From Octopus sinensis (lineage: Eukaryota), in NCBI RefSeq assembly GCF_006345805.1, contig NC_043013.1:7502001-7566000 (forward strand): a stretch of 64,000 nucleotides of DNA. Direction: 5' to 3'. Numbering within the stretch: the stretch's first letter is position 1; every line of letters starts with the position of its first letter. The position numbers and the translations under genes are program-made. This document shows positions 24,683 to 37,325 of this stretch, piece by piece. The notes beneath the pieces were generated by a model. The model saw only the letters and a program-made list of their open reading frames with translations, was not told where the DNA came from and ran no database searches.

Positions 24683-25523
24683 GAGGAAAACCGAGAAGGT
24701 TGTAGTAGTGATAGAAAAGACAGAGAGGGGACACAGCACACATGTGTGTATGTATGTATGTATGTGTGTATGTATGTATGTATGTATGTATGTATGTATG
24801 CATGTATGTATGTATGTATGCATGCATGCATATATGTATGCATGCATGCATGTAGACATGCATGCATACATGTATGCATGTATGTATGCATGTATGCATG
24901 CATGCATGCATGTATGTATGCATGCATGTATGTATGTATGCATGTATGTATGTATGTATGTATGTGTAAATTTGTACGTGTCTTTGTGTTTGTTCCCACC
25001 ATCACTTGACTGGCCTATGTTGGTTTGTTTATTTCCTCATAACTTAGCAGCTCAGTAAAAAAGATCAATATAAGTGCCAGACTTATTAAAAAAAGGGTCA
25101 ACTTGTTAAAAGACAGTAAACCCTTCAAGTCAGGGCCACAACATGGCTGCAGTCCAGTTCAATGAGCTGAAATGCATAAAAGATACGTGTATTTATTTAA
25201 TGTTACTTACATACGACCTTGGCATTCAATATTTCGTAAGTGCTTGAGGTAAGAATGATCTGGAAATAAAAATGAATAAATTAATAATAAAATAGTCAAA
25301 AAGTGGTAAAATAACAGTAAAACAGGTTACCCTTAACAGGGTAGACATGTATGGAGTTGGTTGAAATATTAGGGGCTATTCATGGACCCAACACTTGCGA
25401 TACACCTAGCACCTGAGTATATTGCATTGTTTGTCATGTGTGGTACATTTAGGGGCAACAGTCTTGGAATGTTGTGTTTTTCTTTCCCAAAATGTTTCTG
25501 CAAGTTTTTATAAACTATATATA

Positions 25524-25908
25524 TGGGAAGCACTCCGTCGGTTCCGACGACGAGGGTTCCAGTTGATCCGATCAACGGAACAGCCTGCTCGTGAAATTAA
25601 CGTGTAAGTGGCTGAGCACTCCACAGACACGTGTACCCTTAACGTAGTTCTCGGGGATATTCAGCGTGACACAGAGAGTGACAAGGCCGGCCCTTTGAAA
25701 TACAGGTACAACAGAAACAGGAAGTAAGAGTGAGAGAAAGTTGTGGTGAAAGAGTACAGCAGGGATCACCACCATCCCCTGCTGGAGCCTCGTGGAGCTT
25801 TAGGTGTTTTCGCTCAATAAACACTCACAACGCCCGGTCTGGGAATCGAAACCGCGATCCTATGACCGCGAGTCCTCTGCCCTAACCACTGGGCCATTGC
25901 GCCTCCAC
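25524..25908 (-). mobile_element. SINE family A, full length
   Basis: Highly similar to the other copies; 12-bp TSD AAACTATATATA at 25512-25523 and 25909-25920. Confidence 0.92.
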
Positions 25909-26190
25909 AAACTATATATATACATATATATATATATGGCACTTGTGCTGGTGGCACGTGAAAAAACATTCAAGCGAGGTCGTTGCCAGTACCGCCTGAC
26001 TGGCCCCCATGCTGGTGGCACGTAAAAGCACCCACTACACTCTCAGAGTGGTTGGCGTTAGGAAGGACATCCAGCTGTAGAAACTCTGCCAGATCAAGAT
26101 TGGAGCTTGGTGCAACCATCTGGTTCACCAGTCCTCAGTCAAATCGTCCAACCCATGCTAGCATGGAAAGTGGACGTTAAACGAAAAAGG

Positions 26191-26225
<35 letters not shown>

Positions 26226-26437
26226 CATGGAAAACAGACGTTAAACGATGATGATGATGATGATGATGATATATATATATATATATATATATATCCTTTA
26301 AGTTCATTTACAGGAAACATTTTTGAGTATGCATGAAAAAGTTCCTATTCTATTATGCCAGCTACCACCTAGTAATTCCGACTTATAACAGCAATTTTAT
26401 GGATAGTACCGAGATGTGCTGATATAACATAGGATAA

Positions 26438-26492
<55 letters not shown>

Positions 26493-26632
26493 TCAAGGAT
26501 GGAATTTCATAAATATTTTAATGCATTGTTACACATGTTTCCATAAACTATGTTGTTTGTGGGGTATAATCTGCAACCATAGGATGATTACAATATAATC
26601 TGTAATATCCATGGATATATGTGTGTGTGTGT

Positions 26633-27775
26633 ATTGGGTCATCCCATAAATAATGTGTTTTTTTTTTCAGTGCCATAGTCGGAGGAGGATGGGATAAACT
26701 ACCTCCATCCATTTGCTATAAAAACAGGTAGTAATTTTACCTTGTACTTATTCTCAGTGCAAGTTTTGAAGAATGCAGTTCGATTTTAACAGTTAAGCTA
26801 TAATGGAAGTGACAAAAGAGCACATTTGGCATATTTTGCTTTTTATTAATAAAGGCAACAACACAATGGAAAGTGTGAGGAATATTAATGGGAATTGAAC
26901 AATAAGTGTAAGCCAGTGTCAACGGTGGGGGCCAGAAATTCCAAGCCAGAAACTACAGCCTAGAAGATGAGCCTCTTCTTGGAAGATCTGTAGAGCTTGA
27001 TGAGGATGTCCTGCAAACCCTGGTGGAACAAAATCCCAACCATAACTGTTGAGGATCTAGCAGAGAAGCTAGGATTTCATCATTCAACTATTTACCAACA
27101 TTGGCGTACCATCAGAAAAATCAGCAAATTGGGTCAATGGGTTCTTCACAAACTTTCTGAGTCTAATTACATGCAGAAAGTCAATGTATGCTCTTCTTTG
27201 CTGTCACATCTCAGAAATGAACCGTTTTTTTGGACCGAATAGTGATTAGTAATGAGAAATGGGTTCTCTATAAGAATGTCAAGTGCCAAAGACAGTGGGT
27301 AGTGAAATGAGAAACACTGGCAGGCAAGGATAAAGAAGGTCTTCAGCCATGTAAGGTGTTGTTATTTGTTTGGTGGGATATGAAAGGTTTAGTCCACTTT
27401 TAATTTTTAAACCCAAACCAAACAATAACAAAGGAAATCTACTGCAAGCAGCTTGAGTGGCTTAAGTCAACGCTAGAAGTGAAATGATCATCTTCAGTTT
27501 CAAATTCACCGGACATTGCCCCATCTGGTTATCATTTATTCCGCAATCTTCAAAATCATTTGAATAGAAAAATACAAATTCTGTAGATGAAGTCAGAACA
27601 GTACTGGAGGAGTATTTTTTGTCATGGACAAGTGGATTTTGGAAGAGGGGCTTTGCATGTCTACCAGATAGATGGAAGAGCATTGTAGAAAATGGAGGAG
27701 AGTATATTTTAGATTTAAAAAAATTTTGTTTATCTTAATTCAGAAAAATAAAAGAAGTATGAAAAAAAACTGTGT
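26633..27775 (+). mobile_element. Degenerate mariner element
   Basis: WVLHKL (WVPHEL), NEKWVLY, WWD, PDIAPSGYHLF motifs; TATTGGGTCATCCC left end. Confidence 0.82.
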
Positions 27776-27785
27776 TATATATAAA

Positions 27786-28260
27786 CAGGGTGGTGCACAA
27801 GAAAGTAGCCTAGATTCCATAACAAAGTGTAAATACAGAAATAAATTTAACCATGCGAAGAAGCACCTGGCCTTTTGTATGCAAGTCTTATTGTGTTATT
27901 TCAAATACTTGTAACTGCTGAACAAGGATGGTGCACTAGTTGACTGTTTGCTACATTATCCTCATCACATCAGTCGACTGTAACATTGCATTGAGTGAAC
28001 ATCTCTAGCTTTTTCTGCAAGTTGACATGCCCAATAGAAGAAAAAGTGGAGATTGTGGCAGTATATGTGAGGACAGGTTCTGCTAAACAAACGTGTGAAA
28101 TGTTTGAAATCAAGTTTCTGGGTAAAGGTTTACCAGCAAATAGAATGATACAAATGCTGGTTAAAAAGTACCATGCAACGAGGTCAGTGCACAACACCCC
28201 AAAACAAAGAGTCCCCATAGTTCAAACACTGGAAGTTATTCAGGACATTTGTCTAAGGAT
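27786..28260 (+). mobile_element. Tc1/Tc3-like 5' fragment (HTH region)
   Basis: CAGGGTGGT end; EEKVEIVAVYVRTGS...KKYHATRSV resembles a transposase N-terminal HTH. Confidence 0.55.
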
Positions 28261-28704
28261 TACTCAAAGTTTAAAGTTGAAGCTATATCATTTAACAGGT
28301 GTACAGGAATTAAAAATGGATGACAAGAGAAAACAAGTTATTGCACATGGCTTCTGAATAACAGGGTTGCATATGGCTTCTGAATAACAGTTGCACATGA
28401 TTTCTGAATGGCTATAATGAGCTACAGCCAAGGAATTGAAGGAAATTATACAATATCAAATGGATGGCAGAACTGGCAGAGCACAAGGCAAAACTCAGTG
28501 TTGTCGAGTGGTTGCATTCCTTTACATTTTGAATTCAAGTATTACTCACGTGCACTTTACCATACATCCTTCTGAAATTAATAGAATAAGTAGATGTTGA
28601 TGAAATAATTACTGGGGGTTGATATAATCAAGGAAATTCTCCCACACGGTCGCAGTCCAATGATTGAAACCAACTATGAAGAGAGTCAAGTCTCCAAAAC
28701 ATAC

Positions 28705-28809
28705 CATCTGTACATGTTTTGCTATATGGGTTACACACAAGTCCTGGAGCACATTCTGCCGGTGATTGCAAAATCATGTTGTATGAAGAGCTACAAACAG
28801 CATTTTTCT
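28705..28809 (-). CDS. IGFBP-like protein, second coding exon (second half of IB domain)
   Basis: ttcattccag acceptor; phase-1 entry gives (K)KNAVCSSSYNMILQSPAECAPGLVCNPYSKTCTD with the CxxGLxC IB motif; G|GTATGT donor; 105 nt, symmetric phase 1. Confidence 0.88.
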
Positions 28810-29429
28810 CTGGAATGAATATATCAAAACTTATTTCAGTAAAAGAAATTAAACCATTTCATCTACTTACAAGGTTCCAAAAGGAAAAAAAATTTGGTTT
28901 TGTGAAGAGAAATAACTGACAGAGAAATATGAGAAATCTGAGAAATCTATCTTTATCATTACAGAGCAGACAACTACAAGTATACCTTGCACCGATTCCT
29001 TTATCTTTTACTATTTACAGGTAAAACTAAAAGTAAAATAGAATTGCAGAGAGTTAACAGATTACATGGTGCAACACAGTTTTTGTTCTTAGATAGCAAC
29101 AGTTATTTCCTATTTGCTTATTCTTGGAAAGGATGAAAAAATGGCTAACATTTCCTTCTAACTTTGCTTTTGTTACATTTATTCAAACCCCAAAGAATCC
29201 CTCTCAACACGTGTCTATGATGCTCCCCATCTGCTCCTGCATATCATCAGAGATGCACATAATGTCAACCACTAAGAGACATGCTCAAGAGGTTACGGTC
29301 AAGCGAATGACAAGCAAATTTGTGGTATTGAGTAGAATATTTGCTCAATAGACTTTTGGCCTTGGCTGAAGTTTTCTTCATTAAAGAAGAATCAAAGCAT
29401 GCCATGTTCCTGATAGCTTTTCACCTAAC

Positions 29430-29720
29430 AAATGGTTTTACCTAACAAATAGTTTTCCTGTATTTTTGCAGACACAAATTGGACTCTCCTCGGTATATAT
29501 GACTTGTATCAAATGTCCTCATGCACCACAAATCTAGAAGTCCCCTTTGACATCTGAAGGTTTTTGGTGATGGTCCTCGTTGATTTTCTAAGATCAATAA
29601 TCTTTTGAACCTGTTGGATGAATTGTGGCATCCATAGAGTGTCCAAACATTAAGAATGTTTCTTCTTTGATACAGTTGGTACAATCCTGTCAGAGGCTTC
29701 CAATACTATCTGAACTTTGT
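29430..29720 (-). mobile_element. Tc1-like transposase HTH fragment
   Basis: Minus strand IQQVQKII..KSTRTITKNLQMSKGT.RFVVHED. Confidence 0.5.
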
Positions 29721-29885
29721 GTACAAAATATCTTGTACACATATTCAAACAGCTCAGATCTAAACCCATACACCTACCTATACCACAATGTCATTCTAAA
29801 AATAAACAATCACATCATAAAAATCTCAATGCTACAAAGTAATTCATGATGAATTCCAAACAATTTGACTAAATAAGCATTACAT

Positions 29886-30113
29886 TTAACCCTTTCATTA
29901 CTGTATTTATTTTGAGATGCTCTGTGTTTCTTTCAATTACTTTAAATATAACAAAGAATTTAGTAAAATTATTTGGTTATCATTAAGCTAGTGATAGAAA
30001 CATAAATTGTGACTAAGGTTTGGTGAAAGATTTTAATTCAAAATTTATGAAAACAAGACATTTGTACTCAGAGCCAGAGCAGGTTTCAGTCGGGTTGGTA
30101 ACGAAAGGGTTAA
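29886..30113 (-). mobile_element. piggyBac-type MITE family 1
   Basis: Intact TTAA TSDs and CCCTTTC/GAAAGGG TIRs; lies in intron 1 of the IGFBP-like gene. Confidence 0.88.
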
Positions 30114-30169
30114 ATTAATCATTTGTTAAGAGTGATCTGAATGATAGTGGGTCAATTAGCAACACTCAC

Positions 30170-30353
30170 TCAAAAGTTGAACACAAATTTTACAGCAACC
30201 ACATTGTATTGTTCTTAAGCAGCTTCCCACCGGAGGACATTCAGAACACTCGACCTCGATGTCACAGTTATAGATAAAACCAACAGCCAATGTCACAGAG
30301 GTAGGCAGAATCAAAACCAGAGTAAAGACTGTGAGAAATAGTGTTTTCGTCAT
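30170..30353 (-). CDS. IGFBP-like secreted protein, first coding exon (signal peptide + first half of IB domain); exon extends to 30392 as 5' UTR
   Basis: Strong ttttttctttatttgcag acceptor, ATG at 30353, MTKTLFLTVFTLVLILPTSVTLA hydrophobic leader, CDIEVECSECPPVGSCLRTIQCGCCKIC (CGCCxxC IB motif), perfect A|GTGAGT donor, phase 1. Confidence 0.88.
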
Positions 30354-32136
30354 TTTAATGCAACTGTCTTCACGCTGAAACATAACCAATATCTGCAAAT
30401 AAAGAAAAAAACAAAAAAACAAAAACAAATGTCCTCACCTGTTTCAAAAGAAAAGGTAATATTTCCCCTGTGGCCAGACAGGTATTGCATTTAAAAAATT
30501 TTTTTTTACAGAAGATTGTAAATGAGTAGCACTGCTTATTTGAGGATGACACTCATGTACAGTAATTATGTGACAATGCTTATGCACATGCAATAGGTTT
30601 CTTTCAGTTCCCATCGACCAGATCCACTCTCAAGGGTTTGGTTGGCCTAGGGCTATAGGAGAAGATGCCCAAAGTGCCACACAGCGGAACTGAACCTAAA
30701 ACTATGTGGTTTGGAAGCAAACTGCTTAACAACACAACTATGTAGCATGTGTGTGTGTATAATTATATTTACACACACACATATATACACATAAGAGTAC
30801 CATTGAGTGAGATCGTTGCCAGAGCATGCCGATGGCCCGTTAAAAACACCATTCGAGCGTGATCGTTACCTGCGTCGCCTTATTGGAACTTGTGCTGGTG
30901 GCACATGAAAAAAACATTTGAGCGAGGTCGTTGCCAGTGCCACTGGACTGGCTCATGTGCAGGTGGCACATAAAAAGCACCATTTGAACATGGCCGATGC
31001 CAGTACTGCCTGACTGGCCCTTGTGCCGATGGCACGTAAAAGCACCCACTACACTCTCGGAATGGTTGGCGTTAGGAAGGGCATCCAGCTGTAGAAACTC
31101 TGCCAGATCAGATTGGAGTCTGGTGCAGCCATCTGGTTCGCCAGACCTCAATCAAATCGTCCAACCCATGCTAGCATGGAAAGTGGACATTACACAATGA
31201 TGATGATATATGTGTACATATAATTATATATATATGTGTGTGTGTGTGTATTTATATTCATGACTCCTTGTCTTGATATCATTATCCGTATCATCATTTA
31301 ACGTCCACTTTTCCATGCTGGCATGGGTCAGCCAGAGTTTATTGAAGATAATTTCTATAGCTGGATGCCTTTCCTGTTACCAACTCTCTCACCTGTTTCC
31401 AAGCAAAGTAATATATCCCCTTCGCCCAGACATATTGTTGCAAGATATCAGAAATGAATGACACTGCTTCTACAATAGGGACAATCACTTATAACAATCA
31501 TGTGGTGTCAAGACAAAGAGACACAAATATACACATACACTGACACTCATACACACACACACAAGCATACATACATACTTACACACATCACTAGATCATA
31601 CATACATACAAATCTCATTTAAGATCCACAAAGATCAGAACTTAACTATTGGTCTAAAATGGATATGCAATCTATGTGGGTGTCTTTTCAAAACATTGTC
31701 TGGTTTAAAAAGCCACATGAGATGCCATGATGTCTGAAGGAAAGAAAAGAGTCTGGAGCTATGCTGAACAGCTCCTCAACAAAGCTGTCCTTAAGGAAGC
31801 CAAACAATATCACATGTAATCTCTCAATGATATGGCTAGACTACAAGGCATTCAACTCTGTACCTCACTCATAGATGATAGAATCACTACACCTTGTCAA
31901 AGTACCAACTGCTATAGTGAATGACATTGAAAGACTAACCACAACATGGTCCACACAGTTATCACAAACAACTTCTGAAGCAACACCTATCATTACAAAC
32001 AGAATTAAGCTATCAACAGGTATGTTCCATGGTGATAGTTTATCTGTAATGTCGTTTGTACTCACAGCGAATCCCGTGTCAGCCCTATGAACAAAATGCC
32101 AAGACTACATGCTGGGATATACTGAAAAGAATAAAA

Positions 32137-32366
32137 TTAACCCTTTAGCATTTAAACCGGCCATATCCGGCCAAAAGTATTCTGCCTGTTTTATGTTCAA
32201 AATGGTCAGATCTGGTCTCTCACACCAACCCTACAATGTTGTTTTAAAAATTAACAGCTACCTCATCAAAATCTCATAGCTACAAGATAATGCATGATTA
32301 ATTCAAAACAATGTGGATGAAAAAGCTTTTTTTTTTGGCAGAATAATGCGAACACTAAAGGGTTAA
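32137..32366. mobile_element. piggyBac-type MITE family 2
   Basis: TTAA-CCCTTTAG ... CTAAAGGG-TTAA; interrupts the RT domain of the R4-like LINE. Confidence 0.82.
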
Positions 32367-32695
32367 TGCCACCCTTACATTTTTTGTAGATGTCCTAAAG
32401 TTATATTCTGGTAATATGATCAATATCAAGTGATAGAACTAGTCACAACATTCTCATAAGATATAAGAATGGAGTTTGAGTTAGATAAATGCTCTTATAT
32501 GATAGTCAGCCGAGGAAAGCCTGTCGACCAGGCAGGGAACATGTACATCAGCAGCTTGTTTATCTCCCCTATCTCTACTGATGAAAGCTACAAGCACCTC
32601 GAAATTGATGAGAATGTTGTATATATTAGTGCTGTGACTAAGCCAGACTAACAAAAGTAGACTCTGGAAAATAAGAAACTCAGAGCTGTCTGCAT

Positions 32696-32925
32696 TTAAC
32701 CCTTTTGTTACTGTATTTCTGTTGAAGATGCTCTGTGTTTCTTTCAATTACTTTAGATATAACAAAGAATTTAGTAAAATAACTTTGTTATCATTCAGCT
32801 AGTGTTAGGAACATAAATTGTGATTAAGGTTTGGTGGAAGATTTTAATTCAGAACTTTTGAAAACAAGACATTTATACTAAAGAGCTAGAGCCGGTTTCA
32901 GCCAGGTTGGTAACGAAAGGGTTCA
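32696..32925 (-). mobile_element. piggyBac-type MITE family 1
   Basis: TTAACCCTTT ... GAAAGGGTTCA; inserted into the R4-like LINE. Confidence 0.82.
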
Positions 32926-33921
32926 CAAGGTCTTTGCAGTACCAGTACTAGTTACAAACATTTGGGATAGTAGACTGGACACTTGATGAGATACACAACC
33001 TGGACATCAAAACCAGAAAAGTACTGCCCACTAGTGGTAACTTCCACATAAACAGTGACACCAATAGGATGTATGTGAGATGAAGTGATGGCAGTAGAGG
33101 TATAAGGTTATCCAAACAGCCTTTGAACATCACATTGTGTCACTCAGATAACACCTGCTGAACAGTAGAGAAAGAATTGAGTGCATTCTAGGCATGCCCA
33201 AAAGTGAGAGCAGCAACATCTTCTTCAGCAGAGTTGAAGAACTACAGTGCAGGTACTGTGAGAATACAGTTGTCTCATGCAACCCAAAGGAGGCTGGACT
33301 GGCCTACCTAAACAGAAGTTTGGAGGAGAAGCAGGCATCATACCAGCAAAAAGCAATGCATGGGTACACATCTCGTATGCTAGAGGGCAACAACAGTGTT
33401 GACAGGAAGGGTAGCCTCACCTGAATCTCACCTAGAAGGATATGCCTTTGCTATCCAGGAACAGGAGATAGTTACTAAATACCTGATAAACAAGAGGGAC
33501 AAAGATATTGCCAGATCTCCATGTTGTGATAAAAAATATTGGCTCTGCTATACCAAAGTGGAAGATATCAGTCACATCGTAAGCAGCTGTTGCAAAATGT
33601 TTATAAAATATAGCTACCCTTGAGGAATGATACAGCTGCAAAGAGTATTTACAATGCTATCCACAGGAAGGGCTGCCCAATATATTCATTAAAGGCATGT
33701 CAGAACCAGCAGGTATTCACACCTTCAAAAACAAAGAATACTAGTGGAACACCTCAAGAAAAAAAACATCAATTCAGTGCAAAGGTAACAAACCTGATAT
33801 TGTTCAGTGGGTCAGGGAACAAAAGTCATGCACTATTGCAGAGGTCAGCTACTCAGTGGATCTGAATGTACAATCAAAAGTCCAGGTAAAGGAGAACATT
33901 TATAGTGAATTAATACAGAAC

Positions 33922-33986
<65 letters not shown>

Positions 33987-34074
33987 TACATACATACATA
34001 CATACACATACATACACACCAATACATACATACATACATACATACACACATACATACATACATACATACATACA

Positions 34075-34108
<34 letters not shown>

Positions 34109-34157
34109 CATACATACATACATACATACATACAACATACATACATACATACATACA

Positions 34158-34191
<34 letters not shown>

Positions 34192-34217
34192 CATACATAC
34201 ATACATACATACATACA

Positions 34218-34281
<64 letters not shown>

Positions 34282-34548
34282 TTCATTTAGTATTGACTGT
34301 TGGAAAAAAGAGTACTTGATATTATAGCAGAGATTCGTAATATTTATATTGTATTTTGGTCGAGTCAGTTGGCCTGTCGGTGCACAGGGTCTTCTGACAG
34401 ATTATTACAGGTGAATCTCGGAGTAGTTAGAGACTCTCTCGGACATAAATAAAAATAACTTATCTCCACAGTGGTATTGGGTACTCTTTGAGGGACGGAG
34501 AGAGAGAGAGAGAAAGAGAGAGAGGGGGAGAGGGAGAGATAAACAGAC

Positions 34549-34607
<59 letters not shown>

Positions 34608-36538
34608 TAGACCGACAGAAAGATACACGCAGAGAGACAAAGACAGCAACAGACAGATGGACAGACAGACAGACAAATCGATCGACTGATTGATAAATAG
34701 ACAGACAGATAAACAGAGCCATCGATCGACAGATCGAGCGAGCGAGCGATAGACAGACAGACAGATTAACAGATCGATCGATCGATAGACAGATTAACAG
34801 ATCGATCGATCGAGCGATAGACAGACATCTTGACAGATAGATAGGCATATCGATCGATAGATAGACTGACAGATATATAGATAGATAAATGAACCGTAAA
34901 GATCTTTGCAAAGTTGACAAATAGATGAATAGAAAGTTTATTATTTGATTTAAATTTACATAAAATTCGCTTCTTTAAAAGGCGAATCTTACTTTGCAAA
35001 ACGCTCGTCTTTTCATAATGAAACTGCTTATTTTATTTCGATTTTCTCTGTTATTTTGTGAAAGTTTAGCATTATCCGTTTCCTATTGCTTAAGAGTTTA
35101 TTGCTCTAAGACTGAATTAAACTAATAAATGAACTTTTAAAATTTATGCTTGAAAAGCAGTTAGAAAGAAACATCTAGCAGTTAATATGTATATTTATTG
35201 TAAGTTTTCGGAGCTTTAAACGGACGTTATTTAGCATATATATCTTAAAAGACGAATTTTCAAGAAAGATATTTAGAAATGATCTTAAAATACATCAAAA
35301 ATGAGAACGAAAGCAAGAAAGAAAATGCTGCTTACGACGAAATAATCCTTGTTTCTTTACAAAAACATTTGCACGTGCCAGAGAGAGAGCCTCTACGTGG
35401 TCACTCAACCTCTAGAAATAGCGGCCAAATCCTCTCAAAACACGTCCTGCGGTTTTAGAAAAGGACCAGTTGGATAATATGATGATAATATGTTCCAACG
35501 TTACCTACATATAACAGAAAGAACGGGATGGTCACGGTTGCAGTGCTTTTGATTATAGGCCTGCTTGATCAAGGCTGACCTGGGGTTAAAGAACGTCATC
35601 TTAAAAGATAACTCTCAACGCGACTGCTTCCCCACTGCATCTGCTATCTTTCAATTTTAATGGACTGCGGCCATGCTGGAGCACCGTCCTGAAGGATCTT
35701 AGTCGAACGAATCGACGCCAGTATTCATTCTATTGGGGTTTTTGGCGAACCCCTAAGTTACGGGGACGAAAACAAACCAGCATCGGTTGTTAAACGGTGC
35801 TGAGGGACTAACACCAACACAAAACACATATATATAATCTATAGATGTGTGTGAGAGTGTGTGTGTGTATGTGTGTGAGTGAGAAAGAGAGAGAGAGAGA
35901 ATATGTATGTATATGAAAATATATATATATCCCTCATGCTTTCCGAAATCCGCCGAAACTACACCTGATTATATATACACTTTAGATGAGTTGTAGTGCA
36001 CCTGAGCACTGTACACAATTATTATTATTATTATTATTATTATATTATTATTATTATTATTATATATATATATATTATATATATATATATATATATATGA
36101 GCAGTTCCATTTGTCAAATCCACTCACAAGGCTTTGGTCGGCTTTTGGCTATAGCAGAAGACATTCGCGCAAGGTACCACGCAGTGGGACTGAACTTGGA
36201 ACTATGTGGTTGGAAAGCAAACTTCTTTATTTCATATAATTTGCCACAAGGGCATTACTCAGATAGAAGCTTTGCGGGCTGGACACGGACATTAATGGGA
36301 TGAATGATAATGATGCAAAAATGATGATTATGGGAGAAGACGAAAAGCGCCCGCAGACATTTGCTTCTCTAAAACAATGTTCTTTTTTCCTTTTTCCCCC
36401 CAAAACACAATGAGGCAATAAACCTCTTACTTAAACAACACAATGTTCAGAATTCTTTTTTTTCTTTTTTAAAACACAATGAGGCTATGAACCTCGTACA
36501 TTACACAAAAAGTCACATATTTCACATTTTGTTGACTC

Positions 36539-36990
36539 TGTAGTGACGTCACGTCATATTCCACTGTGCGCACACGCAACGTCATTCTTCAGTGTGCGTG
36601 TGCGGAACGTCCTTCTTCAGTGCGCATGTGCGGGGTTGGAACCTTCTAGAACCTTCTAGAACCTTCTGGAAAGGCATAGGGATGTTCCCTCATGCGTATG
36701 CGCTAGAGACTGAAGGGGACAGTTACTAGGGCGTTTTCCTTAATAGCGCCGTGACGACCTTCTCTGTTGCTATTGAATTTGTTGTAAGAACCTTACAAAT
36801 GTCAATATTCAGCCTTGCTATTTCGCACCAAGTGGATACCAAGATACCAACGAACTTCTTTTGTAAATAAGAAAATAAAGAGTTATATATATTTTTAAGG
36901 TTGCGTTTCTTGTTCCTGACTGGTAGTCTCTGAAATCTAAAGAAAGGAAATTGTGTTGCACCCAAGTTGCACCCCACAGGTGTAAAGAAG
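36539..36990 (+). mobile_element. Gypsy-type LTR (~440 bp) with PBS remnant
   Basis: TG...CA ends (36539, 36978), AATAAA near 36875, followed by GGTGTAAAGAAG resembling the GGTGTCAGAAG Gypsy PBS; no second LTR seen. Confidence 0.6.
36638..36672. promoter_or_regulatory. Perfect heat-shock element, 7 alternating nGAAn units
   Basis: gGAAccTTCtaGAAccTTCtaGAAccTTCtgGAAa with exact 2-nt spacing; CRE TGACGTCA at 36544-36551 and NRF1-like TGCGCATGTGCG at 36621-36632 nearby. Confidence 0.7.
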
Positions 36991-37275
36991 CAACCAGTTC
37001 CCTTTACAACTCGTTCAGGTTATCCGGCCGACCAGTACCCTTGCTTCATTGAAGCATGTACTCGGTTCCAGGCCGGACCACACAGCCATATATCTGCAGG
37101 AGTCCTCCGGGAAGGAATTCATGATCCTGCATAGATCACTATCCCATAGGACCTCCGCAGCCACCTGCGAAGGCCACTCAGGGTCCTCCGTGCAGGACAG
37201 AAGTCCTTCCCATCGGCCCCTCTTCTTACCACACAGCCACGTATACACCTTTTAATGAGACATTAATCTCTCTCT

Positions 37276-37325
<50 letters not shown>

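Larger units (their letters stand above)
31745..33924 (+). mobile_element. Degenerate restriction-like-endonuclease LINE (R4/Dong-like)
   Basis: Fragments WLDYK.AFNSVPHS, GMFHGDSLS, FVDVLKLY, MEFELDKC, EGYAFAIQEQEI..., EDISHIVSSC, KPDI..E..D..K..Y; many stops and frameshifts; two MITE insertions. Confidence 0.8.

Noticed and set aside
25380-25497. Cys-containing stretch on - (DCCP..KCTTHDKQC) as an extra IGFBP-gene or VWC exon
   Set aside because: Weak acceptor, a stop codon in each of the three frames, and a frameshift is needed to make CCPxC.
27995-28357. 120-aa ORF as a host gene
   Set aside because: Resembles a Tc1-type transposase HTH fragment next to a CAGGGTG terminus, antisense within an intron.
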